DNA from: a virus
Reading direction: 5' to 3' (one strand)
Length of the DNA stretch: 64,000 bases
IMG/VR virus record: IMGVR_UViG_3300027983_001201
Location: 3,194 to 67,193 of that record
Positions 38,783 to 48,925 of this stretch are shown here, piece by piece (within the stretch, counting starts at the first letter, position 1; each line of letters starts with the position of its first letter). The notes under the pieces were generated by a model, which was not told the DNA's origin, searched no databases, and saw nothing but the letters and a program-made list of their open reading frames with translations. A program made the translations under genes and the position numbers.

Positions 38783-39625
38783 ATGAGAATCAAAAAGAAG
38801 TATGTATTATTAGAATCTAATTTATTAGATACGTTAAATGAATTTTCACCACAAGAGAAAAGACTTCTATGGGTTTTAAATAAGGAGTATGGTCCACACG
38901 ACTATACAACCTTTGACATTTGGAATTCAGCGGCTTGGTTAATAGAATTGTTTGAAATACCATATGATTTGGCTTATGAATTATCGACCACCTATTTTTA
39001 TAATGGGGATAAATTATTCGGGGATTTTCAGACTTACAGAAAAGTTCAAAATAGTGGTCAAATTTTTTTTAAATATATGGATGATTTTATAGATAATTTT
39101 AAGGTGAATTTAAAATCTAAAAACCCTAATGGGGATGAGGATATTGTAGGGGGTGTTAATGTGGACTTTATTGACGATGTTTATGGTTTACACAAATCGA
39201 CAGTATTAGATAGAGATGTTATTATGTGGCCACATAGTAGGGGATTCACTTTATATATACCCATTAAAGTATCTGAAATAGGTACATACCCAAATGAGTT
39301 TAGGTTTTGGGTTGACGACTCTACACCGAGATCAATTATGGTTAAAGTGGTGTTTTCTGAAATAAAAATTACTATACCAGAGGACGACAAATTCTCGTAT
39401 GATGGTAATCCTGATATTTTCCATGTTAATGTAAATATAAGAGTTGGTGAGGGGGATTACATAGAGAATTTTATTGATTTAGATGTTCCCATACCAAAAC
39501 CTTTATCCAAAGAAAAAGTCAATGATGTTTTTTCAGATATTTATAAGGATATTATAGAAAAAATAGAAAAAACAAAATTTAAGTTACCAAGTGGGACGAC
39601 ACCCATCTATTTAAGTAACCTTTAA
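38783..39625 (+). CDS. Leader-bearing hypothetical protein
   Basis: MRIKKKYVLLESNLLDTLNE; TATTTAT 38758-38764. Confidence 0.75.
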   Translation: MRIKKKYVLLESNLLDTLNEFSPQEKRLLWVLNKEYGPHDYTTFDIWNSAAWLIELFEIPYDLAYELSTTYFYNGDKLFGDFQTYRKVQNSGQIFFKYMDDFIDNFKVNLKSKNPNGDEDIVGGVNVDFIDDVYGLHKSTVLDRDVIMWPHSRGFTLYIPIKVSEIGTYPNEFRFWVDDSTPRSIMVKVVFSEIKITIPEDDKFSYDGNPDIFHVNVNIRVGEGDYIENFIDLDVPIPKPLSKEKVNDVFSDIYKDIIEKIEKTKFKLPSGTTPIYLSNL

Positions 39626-41028
39626 TGTAAATTATCTACTTGATTAACCACACTAAATTTAAGTTTAGTTGTATATGTTTTAACCAGTTCATTAGAAGTT
39701 AATTTAATGTCAATATAATATTCGTTAGGGATAAACCAAGAAGTATCTAAAATAAAATAATTTTTAAGGAATGTTCTATTCACATCTTCCCAATCAATAA
39801 CATTTACTTGTGTAGTACCTTCTCTAACCCATAACCTATATTGTAAACCATCTATCACACTTGATTGGTTAATTGTGTAAGGTAACCTAGCATTAACAAA
39901 CACTTTTCTTTTGTCACCTCTTTTAATTTTCTCATCTCTTTTAATTCCACTTAAAGAAACCTCATATTCAATAGGTAATGATTCACTATCACCAAAGTTA
40001 TAATATATATCATCAGACTTAATTTCAAAATCAAGTGTTACATCTGGTCTATTAATACTAGTAATATTAATATCACTCCAAATATCTGTAAATAAAACAG
40101 AATCATCTTCAGTAATGGGTACAAATACTTCAGCGTAATAAATACCTGTTGATGTATGTACCGTTTGTGCGGATGTTATAGATGAGAAAGATATACCGTT
40201 CTCATCTTTTATCGTCACACTAGGGTTATTATCCAAATTGGTGGGTTGTCCACCCACATTTACGTAAAAATATAGTCTATTAACTTTACCCTTATAAAAG
40301 TTCTTCCTGTCGTCTCTAATTGGGTCGTTATAAACTGTTTCTAAGAAAGGTTCATAATATGTTTGGGTGTGTCGAGTAAAGAACCCTACGTATTGGGATG
40401 GTTTCTTATTTAATAACTCCAAATCTCTTTCAAAAGCAATACCATAACCATAGTTTGTTGTACCACCAGTAATTAAACTATTAACCTCATCGGTGATAAT
40501 CATAGAGATATTTTCGTTACCCTTATCAAAATGTTGTGTAGTTACAGTGATACCAGATGGTGAACCAGAATAAACACCACCATCATCCCACGATGTCGAT
40601 GTTGTCGAGTTTAACCAATTACTAGCAGATTCAACAAAAGTTATATTATCCTCAGATTCAAAACTTAATACTTGTTGGTAATCGTACCCACAACCCTCAT
40701 CCCAATCTTTATTAACTCTGAATAAAACTAAGTCAAATGAAGAGGTTCTTTGTTTACCATCTAATAATTTTTGAGCTTGTAAATCTTTATCAAAGAATGA
40801 ACTATTTGTCATTTTTAATGTGTGTACAACTTTAGATAAGTCACCTAATTCTCCTGAAGCGTATCTACTTTGTAAATCAACAATGTCAAAATAAAGTAAA
40901 TGTCTAGTATAATCAGTTGATGAATCTTTACCCCCATAATAAATTTCCGCAATTGGGTTTCTACCCGTATTGACTTGAGTACTTTTTATAATAGTGTTGT
41001 TTTTATCGATATATGTTCTAATTAGCAT
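39622..41028 (-). CDS. Putative virion structural protein
   Basis: Beta-rich, WDEGCGYDY, FFTRHTQTYYEPFLE; late motif at 41040-41047. Confidence 0.6.
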   Translation of the reverse strand: MLIRTYIDKNNTIIKSTQVNTGRNPIAEIYYGGKDSSTDYTRHLLYFDIVDLQSRYASGELGDLSKVVHTLKMTNSSFFDKDLQAQKLLDGKQRTSSFDLVLFRVNKDWDEGCGYDYQQVLSFESEDNITFVESASNWLNSTTSTSWDDGGVYSGSPSGITVTTQHFDKGNENISMIITDEVNSLITGGTTNYGYGIAFERDLELLNKKPSQYVGFFTRHTQTYYEPFLETVYNDPIRDDRKNFYKGKVNRLYFYVNVGGQPTNLDNNPSVTIKDENGISFSSITSAQTVHTSTGIYYAEVFVPITEDDSVLFTDIWSDINITSINRPDVTLDFEIKSDDIYYNFGDSESLPIEYEVSLSGIKRDEKIKRGDKRKVFVNARLPYTINQSSVIDGLQYRLWVREGTTQVNVIDWEDVNRTFLKNYFILDTSWFIPNEYYIDIKLTSNELVKTYTTKLKFSVVNQVDNLH

Positions 41029-41049
41029 TTTTCTTTATATATAAATATA

Positions 41050-42354
41050 TTAATTAGTATTAATGTTCTTATTTAATATTGCATTTAAATCAAATCCCAT
41101 AACATCTGTTGTTATTTTACTAGGGTCAGCTGGTAAAGAATGGTAAGGGTGAACATGTGAAATCACATATTTCTTCACTAATTCTAAAAATTCGACTAAT
41201 GTATCACCATAAACCATTGGATGTGCACCGTTATTAATCTTTTCTTGTTCATCGTCAGTAATTAACCCCTCTGGGTTTGATAAATTAAATGAATGTTCAC
41301 CATCATGACTAATTAAGTTGATTTTATTCGCAACAACATTTATAACACTAGTTGTAACATCATCTTTTTTAATTAATTTTACTTGTGGTACATTTTTTAT
41401 AACATCCCTAGCGACTAAATCACTTGAGATTACAATACCATTCGCACCTTTAAAAATCTTTATTAAATCTTCTGCCGTTGATTTAATTTGATATTCTTTT
41501 AGGGATTGAGATTCTATGTAATTACTAGCAGCATCTAACGCACTTTGTCTAGATGTCTTTCCTGTAGTAAATTCCTGATTGAAGATACTTTTTTCATCCC
41601 CACTATTAATATCTGACACCCTTATAAAAAGTTTGGTTGATGTCACATCACCCTCTTGGTATCTTTCGGGTGGTAAATCACCACTTAATAGTTGATCGTT
41701 ACTATATGTATCTATTTTTACCTTTACATTTGTTTTAGGTAGCGGTTGGAATTTAGTGGTAACTTTCACATTTACAACTTCTCTTTTTAATTTTTCACCA
41801 CCATATTTTAATTGGATATACCCTAAATCTTTTTCATTAAACTTAGTCGGGTTACCTTCTATAAATTTACCAGTCCTTAACCATATTTGTCTATCTTTCT
41901 GAATTATATCGGTATTATATCTACCTTGTAATATAACATCGTCTTCATTACCATACACACCTTCCTCTATATTAGGGTCCCTCAATTTTTTGTAACCATC
42001 AGGTAATATAGATAAAGCGTCATTATAATCTTCACCACTTAGTTTATTTGGTTGAGTAATTAAAGGTCCAATCCAAAAACGTTTTGTCTTAAATGACGTA
42101 GTTGGTGTACCCATTTTATTCTCATATTGGAAAACAAATACACATTCACCGACTTTAGGTAACGCTGAAAGGTACTTTGGTAGAAGAGGTGTACAATCAA
42201 TTAAAGAGGCATCCGACTCCAAGTCATCAACCCCCGTTATCCTAACTTTAATTCTACCCGATTGGGTAGTGTCTACAACACTTATTACTTCCCCTACTTT
42301 AATAATAGGGATGGTATTTAAATTTGTACTATCTTTATAATAATCTTCACTCAT
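41050..42354 (-). CDS. Baseplate hub/spike protein (gp5/VgrG-like OB fold)
   Basis: GEVISVVD...GRIKVRI...PKVGECVFV; C-terminal HVHPYH. Confidence 0.7.
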   Translation of the reverse strand: MSEDYYKDSTNLNTIPIIKVGEVISVVDTTQSGRIKVRITGVDDLESDASLIDCTPLLPKYLSALPKVGECVFVFQYENKMGTPTTSFKTKRFWIGPLITQPNKLSGEDYNDALSILPDGYKKLRDPNIEEGVYGNEDDVILQGRYNTDIIQKDRQIWLRTGKFIEGNPTKFNEKDLGYIQLKYGGEKLKREVVNVKVTTKFQPLPKTNVKVKIDTYSNDQLLSGDLPPERYQEGDVTSTKLFIRVSDINSGDEKSIFNQEFTTGKTSRQSALDAASNYIESQSLKEYQIKSTAEDLIKIFKGANGIVISSDLVARDVIKNVPQVKLIKKDDVTTSVINVVANKINLISHDGEHSFNLSNPEGLITDDEQEKINNGAHPMVYGDTLVEFLELVKKYVISHVHPYHSLPADPSKITTDVMGFDLNAILNKNINTN

Positions 42355-42545
42355 TAGTCATCACCTTTATATCTATTTATTAGTGTTTTATTACCGTAAT
42401 AATAATCTTTCTCTAAATTCTCTAAATTATCAACTAATTTAAATATATTACTCTTAATGGTGTTTATTTCATTTTCTAATTCTTGTAAGTACATCTTAAT
42501 TGATGCGTTACTACTGTTATCCCATTCTATTGAATTATTTTTCAT
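42354..42545 (-). CDS. Small coiled-coil protein
   Basis: Coupled ORF in minus-strand operon. Confidence 0.65.
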   Translation of the reverse strand: MKNNSIEWDNSSNASIKMYLQELENEINTIKSNIFKLVDNLENLEKDYYYGNKTLINRYKGDD

Positions 42546-42548
42546 ACA

Positions 42549-42962
42549 CTATCTTATTATACCTTTTGCTTTAACTAAGTTTATAGTTGCACCTTGTACC
42601 ACTATTGGTCCACCAGCATTCCCACCTGCAGCGGTTAACTGAATCCCTGGAGGTATTTCAATTTCAACAACAGCATTAGTGGTTAAAGCGTTTATTATCT
42701 CTTCAATTCTAATAACTTCCATTTGTAAGTCAATATTCCTTGCACCACTAGGTAAAGATCCAATCCCAACACCAATCTCCTTCTTTCGTTCAATTATTTT
42801 GGATGCAATATCTATTGCACTCATACCATTCCTAAATTGGGTACCTATCAGTATTAAACCAGTAGGTATGGGTTTTAATTTTGAAGGTGGTTTAAATGCG
42901 TTCTTTAATAAAGAAGTTATTGTCCCAAAGATACCCATAATACCACCTGAATCTGTTGCCAT
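42549..42962 (-). CDS. Hypothetical protein, possibly baseplate-associated
   Basis: GGNAGGPIVVQG C-terminus; operon context. Confidence 0.7.
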   Translation of the reverse strand: MATDSGGIMGIFGTITSLLKNAFKPPSKLKPIPTGLILIGTQFRNGMSAIDIASKIIERKKEIGVGIGSLPSGARNIDLQMEVIRIEEIINALTTNAVVEIEIPPGIQLTAAGGNAGGPIVVQGATINLVKAKGIIR

Positions 42963-42974
42963 AATTACATATTT

Positions 42975-44645
42975 TTAATCACAAAATCTACCTTTTTTAC
43001 CTAAAGTAGCTCGTATGTTTACGTTATTTAATGAGTCTAAATTTATACCTTCAGTAAACTCACTTAATTTATCTGCAGCACCTTTAGCTTTACCAGATAA
43101 TTCATTTACTTTTTCTAATTTAGATGTGATGTATTCAGGTGATAAACTTGCAACACTTTTTAACCATTGTATATCCTCCTCCTTTATTTTTTTTGTTATG
43201 TAACAAATAATAAGATTTTTTAATGCTTTTAAAACTAAAGGTAATAAATAATCATATATTAATTTCCTAATTAATTCACGAATAATATCTCTAATAATAC
43301 ACTCATAATCTTTTAAAAGTTTTTTAACCTCAACGTTCTTTATCGGTTCACCATTAACTAAAAAGTATAACATATTTACTAAAAGTAAATTTTTAGGGGA
43401 TAAAACTAATTTAGATAATGCAATTTGTAAAGTTATAATAAAATTAGCTAAAAACTCCGCAGACGCATTATTTTTTTCTAAGTTTTTAACCCCCTTTGTT
43501 GACTCCCCAATTAATGTGTCCATAGATTTACTATATGCACTTATTCTTTCTTGTGGGGTTGATGCGTTTTTTATGTCATCATTTATCTTATTTAATGTTT
43601 CGAAAGATATTGAACTAGTTTGTTTTCCACAACAATTTTTAAATTGTTTAACCCCTAATTTTTTTTGTGATACAATAGTTTTAATGTTCTTAACTTGATC
43701 AGCATTAAATTCATAAAATGAATCATCTAAAATCACATCTGCATTGTCTGCACCACTATCAATATAATCTTTTATAGATTCTTCAAATTCCACTACTTTA
43801 TTTAAACATTCATCTGGTAACTTAATTTTATTCGTTAATGTACCATATATTATATCAACTACATTAGGGATTACCTTATCCACATCAAATAGTGGGTTTT
43901 GGCTATTGAAATAGTCATTAACGAATGTTACAAATGACATCCCTTGATAACTATCCATAATCCTCATATTAAAGATTCTAGGTTTTTGTTCTACATTTTG
44001 ATATGTTGTACCAGATGAGTCTATATACCCTATAGGATTATCCTCATAATATCTAAATTCAGCAATTTCTTTACCACTTAAAGGGTCTTTCCACACTAAA
44101 GGGTTTCCATTTTCTTGAATAACTTCCCATAAAAATGCGTTCATATCATTCGTTGAATTTCCATCATAAAATAGTTTACCTATCTCACTATTTGGGTTTG
44201 CAGCAAAAAGACAAGATATGTCAATTTTATTTAATTCAATATTATACCCAATACCTTGTTGAGTGGTACCTAATTGGGTTTGGAATAACCATCCGGGAAT
44301 AGTGGGGTCTATTTTACAAAGGTAACATTTTTTTATTGATAAATTAAGGTTTAATGATAAGTCTTTCGCTAGTGGTTGTAATTGTTCCACTAACCAGTTA
44401 ATTAACTGCATTCTCATTTCATCATAATTAATACCCGATATAATCGATAATAAGTCATTTAGAAAATCAATTACTGCTTGACTAGGATTTAAATCTGGTA
44501 CACCTGGTAGTGTGTTTGGGATTTCTAAGTTGGGTAAATTATCGCAAGTTGTTTGTTTAAGAGATATTAATTCTAGAATCTCCCTCTTTTTGTTCGCAAT
44601 ATCTTCCTTAGCGTCACATATTTTATTTTTAAATTTTTCACCCAT
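42975..44645 (-). CDS. Large hypothetical protein
   Basis: 556-aa ORF in operon. Confidence 0.75.
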   Translation of the reverse strand: MGEKFKNKICDAKEDIANKKREILELISLKQTTCDNLPNLEIPNTLPGVPDLNPSQAVIDFLNDLLSIISGINYDEMRMQLINWLVEQLQPLAKDLSLNLNLSIKKCYLCKIDPTIPGWLFQTQLGTTQQGIGYNIELNKIDISCLFAANPNSEIGKLFYDGNSTNDMNAFLWEVIQENGNPLVWKDPLSGKEIAEFRYYEDNPIGYIDSSGTTYQNVEQKPRIFNMRIMDSYQGMSFVTFVNDYFNSQNPLFDVDKVIPNVVDIIYGTLTNKIKLPDECLNKVVEFEESIKDYIDSGADNADVILDDSFYEFNADQVKNIKTIVSQKKLGVKQFKNCCGKQTSSISFETLNKINDDIKNASTPQERISAYSKSMDTLIGESTKGVKNLEKNNASAEFLANFIITLQIALSKLVLSPKNLLLVNMLYFLVNGEPIKNVEVKKLLKDYECIIRDIIRELIRKLIYDYLLPLVLKALKNLIICYITKKIKEEDIQWLKSVASLSPEYITSKLEKVNELSGKAKGAADKLSEFTEGINLDSLNNVNIRATLGKKGRFCD

Positions 44646-44650
44646 AATAT

Positions 44651-45028
44651 TTAGACATCATATTCAATATTATTTTTATCGGATTTTTCTTTAAATAACT
44701 CCCTTAAAATGTCTTTATCCTCTTCTGTAATCCCATCAGGAGTTTTTTGTTCTACATTATCGTTTTTATCGTTAACTATTTGACTTTGTAATTTAGCTAA
44801 TGATAATTTTTTATCTATTGCAGCTTCTAATATTTTAAGGGTTTCATTATTAACTTTACCTATCTGATATTCATCATTAACATCATCTATTTCCGCCCTA
44901 GACTTTCTTTCATTCAGTTCTTTCCTAGCACTATTCATAACATTTACACAATCATTGTAAATTTCTTGCATAAATTCTTGTAGACTATTCTTGTCTAAAT
45001 TTATTTTAGTTTTTTTAGGTCGTCCCAT
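44651..45028 (-). CDS. Helical hypothetical protein (possible small terminase)
   Basis: Coiled-coil; late motif at 45045-45051; function is a guess. Confidence 0.55.
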   Translation of the reverse strand: MGRPKKTKINLDKNSLQEFMQEIYNDCVNVMNSARKELNERKSRAEIDDVNDEYQIGKVNNETLKILEAAIDKKLSLAKLQSQIVNDKNDNVEQKTPDGITEEDKDILRELFKEKSDKNNIEYDV

Positions 45029-45066
45029 AAGATTACGTTTAGTGATAAATATCTAAAAAGATATTT

Positions 45067-45807
45067 TTATATTAAACCATTATCTATTTTATCATTTTTT
45101 AGTAAAATATATATTTTTTTAAATCTTTTCATTGAAACTCTTATATCCTTTGTAGATAAATCTGTCATTTCTCTGATGTAAGATAGAATTAAATTTTTAT
45201 TATACTTATTACCACTTTCGATTTGTTCAAATATTGTTTCCCAACCATCTAAAACAGTTATTAATGAATTCCCAACCTTTAGTTCGTTTTCGGAAAGTTT
45301 ACCATTTTCTACCTCTACTTTAATACTTTCAGAGATTTCTTCTATAAACCTATCTAAAGGGGTTTTATCATTATCTTCTATATTGTTATAGATAAAGTCG
45401 TCCATAGACTCTACAGTTTTATAAACATCATCATACCTTAAATCGGTTCTTAATTTTTTATCATCTTTAATTAAATGACCTAAAAGATAATGTTTACATA
45501 TCGTACCGAAATATGAATACGCCTTTTTATTTTTAGCTGGTTTAAAATTATGCATCTTAGTAACTAAAAAAGATAGTGTATCCGCATGCATATCCTCGAA
45601 GGTATAATCCTTTCTATAAAGTTTATACCTTCGAATTATGGAATCTATCATTGTATTTATTGGTCTCCTAAGATGCTGGTTATAAATTTTATTTCTTTCA
45701 CTGTATGAATCACTTGTTAAAAATTCAACAACTGCTTTCTCTTGAACTGGTCCAAAATATAGGTTTGATGTCCTCTTTCTACCTCTTTTTTTAGGTTCTT
45801 CTGACAT
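45067..45807 (-). CDS. Phage sigma factor for late transcription (T4 gp55-like)
   Basis: MHNFKPAKNKKAYSYFGTICKHYL resembles the gp55 region-2 pattern NFDP...(F/Y)xYFTQI. Confidence 0.7.
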   Translation of the reverse strand: MSEEPKKRGRKRTSNLYFGPVQEKAVVEFLTSDSYSERNKIYNQHLRRPINTMIDSIIRRYKLYRKDYTFEDMHADTLSFLVTKMHNFKPAKNKKAYSYFGTICKHYLLGHLIKDDKKLRTDLRYDDVYKTVESMDDFIYNNIEDNDKTPLDRFIEEISESIKVEVENGKLSENELKVGNSLITVLDGWETIFEQIESGNKYNKNLILSYIREMTDLSTKDIRVSMKRFKKIYILLKNDKIDNGLI

Positions 45808-45815
45808 AGTTTTAT

Positions 45816-46595
45816 TTATACTTCGTACGCTATTTCTCTATCTTCTGTGAAAAAATATTCCTTTTTAGCTTTATTAACCCAAAATTTACTTTCCATTACA
45901 TCTATTGTGTTTTTATACTCAACAAATAATGAACCCTCTCTATTGTTAGTATGTTTATAACCCAGTTTAGGTATCACCATAACAGTAACATCATTATATG
46001 TCATCCTCAAAAGGAATTCATATGTAAAAGTTAATTTTACGTTAGTTTTTAACCCACCCCATTCTAAGAATAAATCTTTTTTAACTATCATACCATCGAA
46101 GTTAAAGTTTTGTACTTTTTGTAGTGTGTTGTTATCTAAAAATCCTGACTCTTCTGTGAACTCTTTAGCCCATACACTTTCATTAGTAAATGAGATAAAT
46201 TGTCCTTCCTCATCAGTTTCATAAACAATTGGTAAGAAGATACCCACTTCAGGATACGCTTTACTATATTCTACACCATTTTTAATCCAGATGGGGGATA
46301 ACTCATCATCATATTCAACAAAAGTGAAATACTCTGTATTACATTGTTCTACACCATAATTAATTTGTGACTGGAACGAATAATCTTTTGTTTCGTTATG
46401 TACTACTTTTACTATATTTTTAAGTTCACCAAAGTCATATTTATCTAAAAATTCTGTTAATTCTTTATCGTCTGATCTGACAATTATAAATTCATCAGGT
46501 TGTGTTTTTTGGTTTTTGATACTTTGGACACACCCACTGAAATATTTTTCTTCTAATTTATGAATTGGTAAAACTACTGTGATATTACTTAACAT
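45816..46595 (-). CDS. Glycosyltransferase family 2
   Basis: ITVVLPIH...SIKNQ...INYGV...FVEYDDEL. Confidence 0.8.
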   Translation of the reverse strand: MLSNITVVLPIHKLEEKYFSGCVQSIKNQKTQPDEFIIVRSDDKELTEFLDKYDFGELKNIVKVVHNETKDYSFQSQINYGVEQCNTEYFTFVEYDDELSPIWIKNGVEYSKAYPEVGIFLPIVYETDEEGQFISFTNESVWAKEFTEESGFLDNNTLQKVQNFNFDGMIVKKDLFLEWGGLKTNVKLTFTYEFLLRMTYNDVTVMVIPKLGYKHTNNREGSLFVEYKNTIDVMESKFWVNKAKKEYFFTEDREIAYEV

Positions 46596-46631
46596 ATTAT
46601 ATTTTTATATTATTTTTATATTATTTTTATA

Positions 46632-47753
46632 TTATTTTTCAGTTGTAACAGTTTCTTCTTCTAACTGTTTAATCGACATTTCTAATTCTAAAACTCTTCT
46701 ATTGAAAAGTCTCCCATAAACTTCACTAAGAGTTTTTTCAAATGTCTCAACATCATACTTATCCTTAAACTCTTTCATACCATTCATAATGTTTTCAGGT
46801 AAAGCGTCTTCTAAATACAATCCAACCATAGTGGCGATTACATCTGGAATAGAATTTAAATTGGCTGTCCATATACCATTATCATTAAGGTTTAAATTAC
46901 CATTTTCATCGACAGTACCCATCCATTCTGGTACCATTCTAGGTATTTTACCAATAACCGGTGTATTACATTTCATAGATTCTATTGGGAATGTACCAAA
47001 ACTAGATAATTCATCAATCCATACACTTAAGAATGATTTACTCAACTCTCCAGCAAAATCCTCTCTTGGTAACCCAGACATATCTCTGAATGTTACAAAT
47101 CTATAGTGTGGGTATTTCTGATAGAATATTTTTACTATCTTTAGTAATTCCCTTTTATCTCTAGCACACATTGCAATTGTTGGTACTTTAGGTTTATCAC
47201 TATCCTTAAAATAGTCTGGAATACCGATAGGGATTTCTTCAGTGAATGTCCCTCTAAACATCGACCTAACATAATCAGTTAGATTTTTATTTGTTGTGAT
47301 TACATCTCTAATGTTAAATTGTTCCCAACCTTCACCTATCTCCAACATTTCAAATATATATTCATAAGCTTGTAGAAATATAACTCTTTTACAAGGAAAG
47401 TCTTTTGTTTGTTTCATTACACTAGCAAAGGCTTCTGGGATAACAACAAAGTCATGTGGTCCTACTTGTAGTTTTTGAGATTCGATTGATATATGTGGTA
47501 GTTCAGCGTATTCCTCACCTAACCATTCAGCGATACCCATACCATTTTCATCTTCCCTAAGTTTATAGTCGTCTTTATCGTGTAGGATTTGTGCGTCATA
47601 ACCTAATTCCCTTAATTTTTTTACATGTTCATAGATTGTCGCCACACCTGCTGTTGGGTTACCTTTAGTATCCAGCGTGAAAAAGTATATACCGAACTCT
47701 TTGTTTTTAATTTTTTCAATAGAACTTTTTACATTCTCTAATTGTTCACTCAT
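46632..47753 (-). CDS. GT-B (family 4-like) glycosyltransferase
   Basis: VVIPE; SSFGTFPIESMKCNTPVIG. Confidence 0.75.
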   Translation of the reverse strand: MSEQLENVKSSIEKIKNKEFGIYFFTLDTKGNPTAGVATIYEHVKKLRELGYDAQILHDKDDYKLREDENGMGIAEWLGEEYAELPHISIESQKLQVGPHDFVVIPEAFASVMKQTKDFPCKRVIFLQAYEYIFEMLEIGEGWEQFNIRDVITTNKNLTDYVRSMFRGTFTEEIPIGIPDYFKDSDKPKVPTIAMCARDKRELLKIVKIFYQKYPHYRFVTFRDMSGLPREDFAGELSKSFLSVWIDELSSFGTFPIESMKCNTPVIGKIPRMVPEWMGTVDENGNLNLNDNGIWTANLNSIPDVIATMVGLYLEDALPENIMNGMKEFKDKYDVETFEKTLSEVYGRLFNRRVLELEMSIKQLEEETVTTEK

Positions 47754-47776
47754 TTTTCTGTTTTTTGTTGTTGTTA

Positions 47777-48106
47777 TTATAATTCTTTTAATATCCCTTT
47801 AATTAATAACGTATTAAAAGCCAATTTAAATGATACGGTTGCGGAGTTATTTAACCCAATCATACCCATCTTATTATCTACTTGTTCACTATACATTAAT
47901 AGTGTACCCATAAGTTCTCTATACATTTCATATTTAGTAACATCTATCTGTGTTCCTATATTCTCAGTGACTAAAGTTTTTTCTAACTCTTCGTCTTCAC
48001 TTTCTACAATACTATCAACATCATCTTCAATTTTAACTAAATCTGATAGTTGATCGATATCGAAATATAATTCCTTACCACAAATTTCTAATAATAAATT
48101 ATCCAT
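47777..48106 (-). CDS. Hypothetical protein
   Basis: ORF in operon. Confidence 0.7.
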   Translation of the reverse strand: MDNLLLEICGKELYFDIDQLSDLVKIEDDVDSIVESEDEELEKTLVTENIGTQIDVTKYEMYRELMGTLLMYSEQVDNKMGMIGLNNSATVSFKLAFNTLLIKGILKEL

Positions 48107-48150
48107 ATATTTTTTATTAAATTTTAACCCAAATTTTACATAAGTAAACC

Positions 48151-48768
48151 TTAAACATCTTGAAAATCTACAGTTTCTGTGTTTAATATTTTCTCCAACG
48201 TTTTTTTATCGTCTAATAGTTCTTTTAAGTCGATAATGGTGTAATCTGAATCATATTCTTTATTATAATGATTAATCACCTTAATTGAAACTTTACCAAC
48301 TGGTTTAGTTTCTAACGCAGTGGGGTTAGCGGTAATAAGAATGTCAACGTGATCCCACTTCTTATCAAAATCTTTAACAAAAATTATATTATTAACCTTA
48401 GATGATAATTTAGATAAAAAGAACAATGTCGCTGGTTTACTATTATTTAATTCTTTACTAATGATTATAGGTGTATGACCCATATCTTCAATAAGATTGT
48501 GTAGTTGGTTAAGGTGTTCAACACTATTTAGTTTAGTCTCACCAGCGTGACCAAAAATCTCCAGTGAGGACTCTACATATAAAAACTTATTTAACTCCTC
48601 TGTACCACCTGTAAATTCAAAATAAGATAACAAATCTAAAGTTTTAATATCTCTTTCTGGTAACTCTTCACCCTCTTCTAATTCTAATGGATAATATTTA
48701 TCATACACAGATTCAAACTTAGTTATAAAATCTCTCACCACACCATCAATCGTAATACCTATTTTCAT
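48151..48768 (-). CDS. HAD/5'(3')-nucleotidase-like protein with deviant motif I
   Basis: MKIGITIDGVVRDF; (H)YNK C-terminal motif. Confidence 0.6.
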   Translation of the reverse strand: MKIGITIDGVVRDFITKFESVYDKYYPLELEEGEELPERDIKTLDLLSYFEFTGGTEELNKFLYVESSLEIFGHAGETKLNSVEHLNQLHNLIEDMGHTPIIISKELNNSKPATLFFLSKLSSKVNNIIFVKDFDKKWDHVDILITANPTALETKPVGKVSIKVINHYNKEYDSDYTIIDLKELLDDKKTLEKILNTETVDFQDV

Positions 48769-48917
48769 ACTTTTTCTATTTTATATTGATTTTCTAAACT
48801 CATAGTTTATTTATTTAACTTTATTTAAGAAAAGTAATCAATGGTGGACCCCAAAAATATTTGTGTTGTCTTATTTATTACTTCATCTGAACTATTTTTT
48901 AATATATAGTTACCCAT
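48765..48917 (-). pseudogene. Small gene with two in-frame stops
   Basis: MGNYILKNSSDEVINKTTQIFLGSTIDYFS*IKLNK*TMSLENQYKIEKV*; fills the gap exactly with an ATGA overlap. Confidence 0.45.
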
Positions 48918-48925
48918 ATGAGTTA

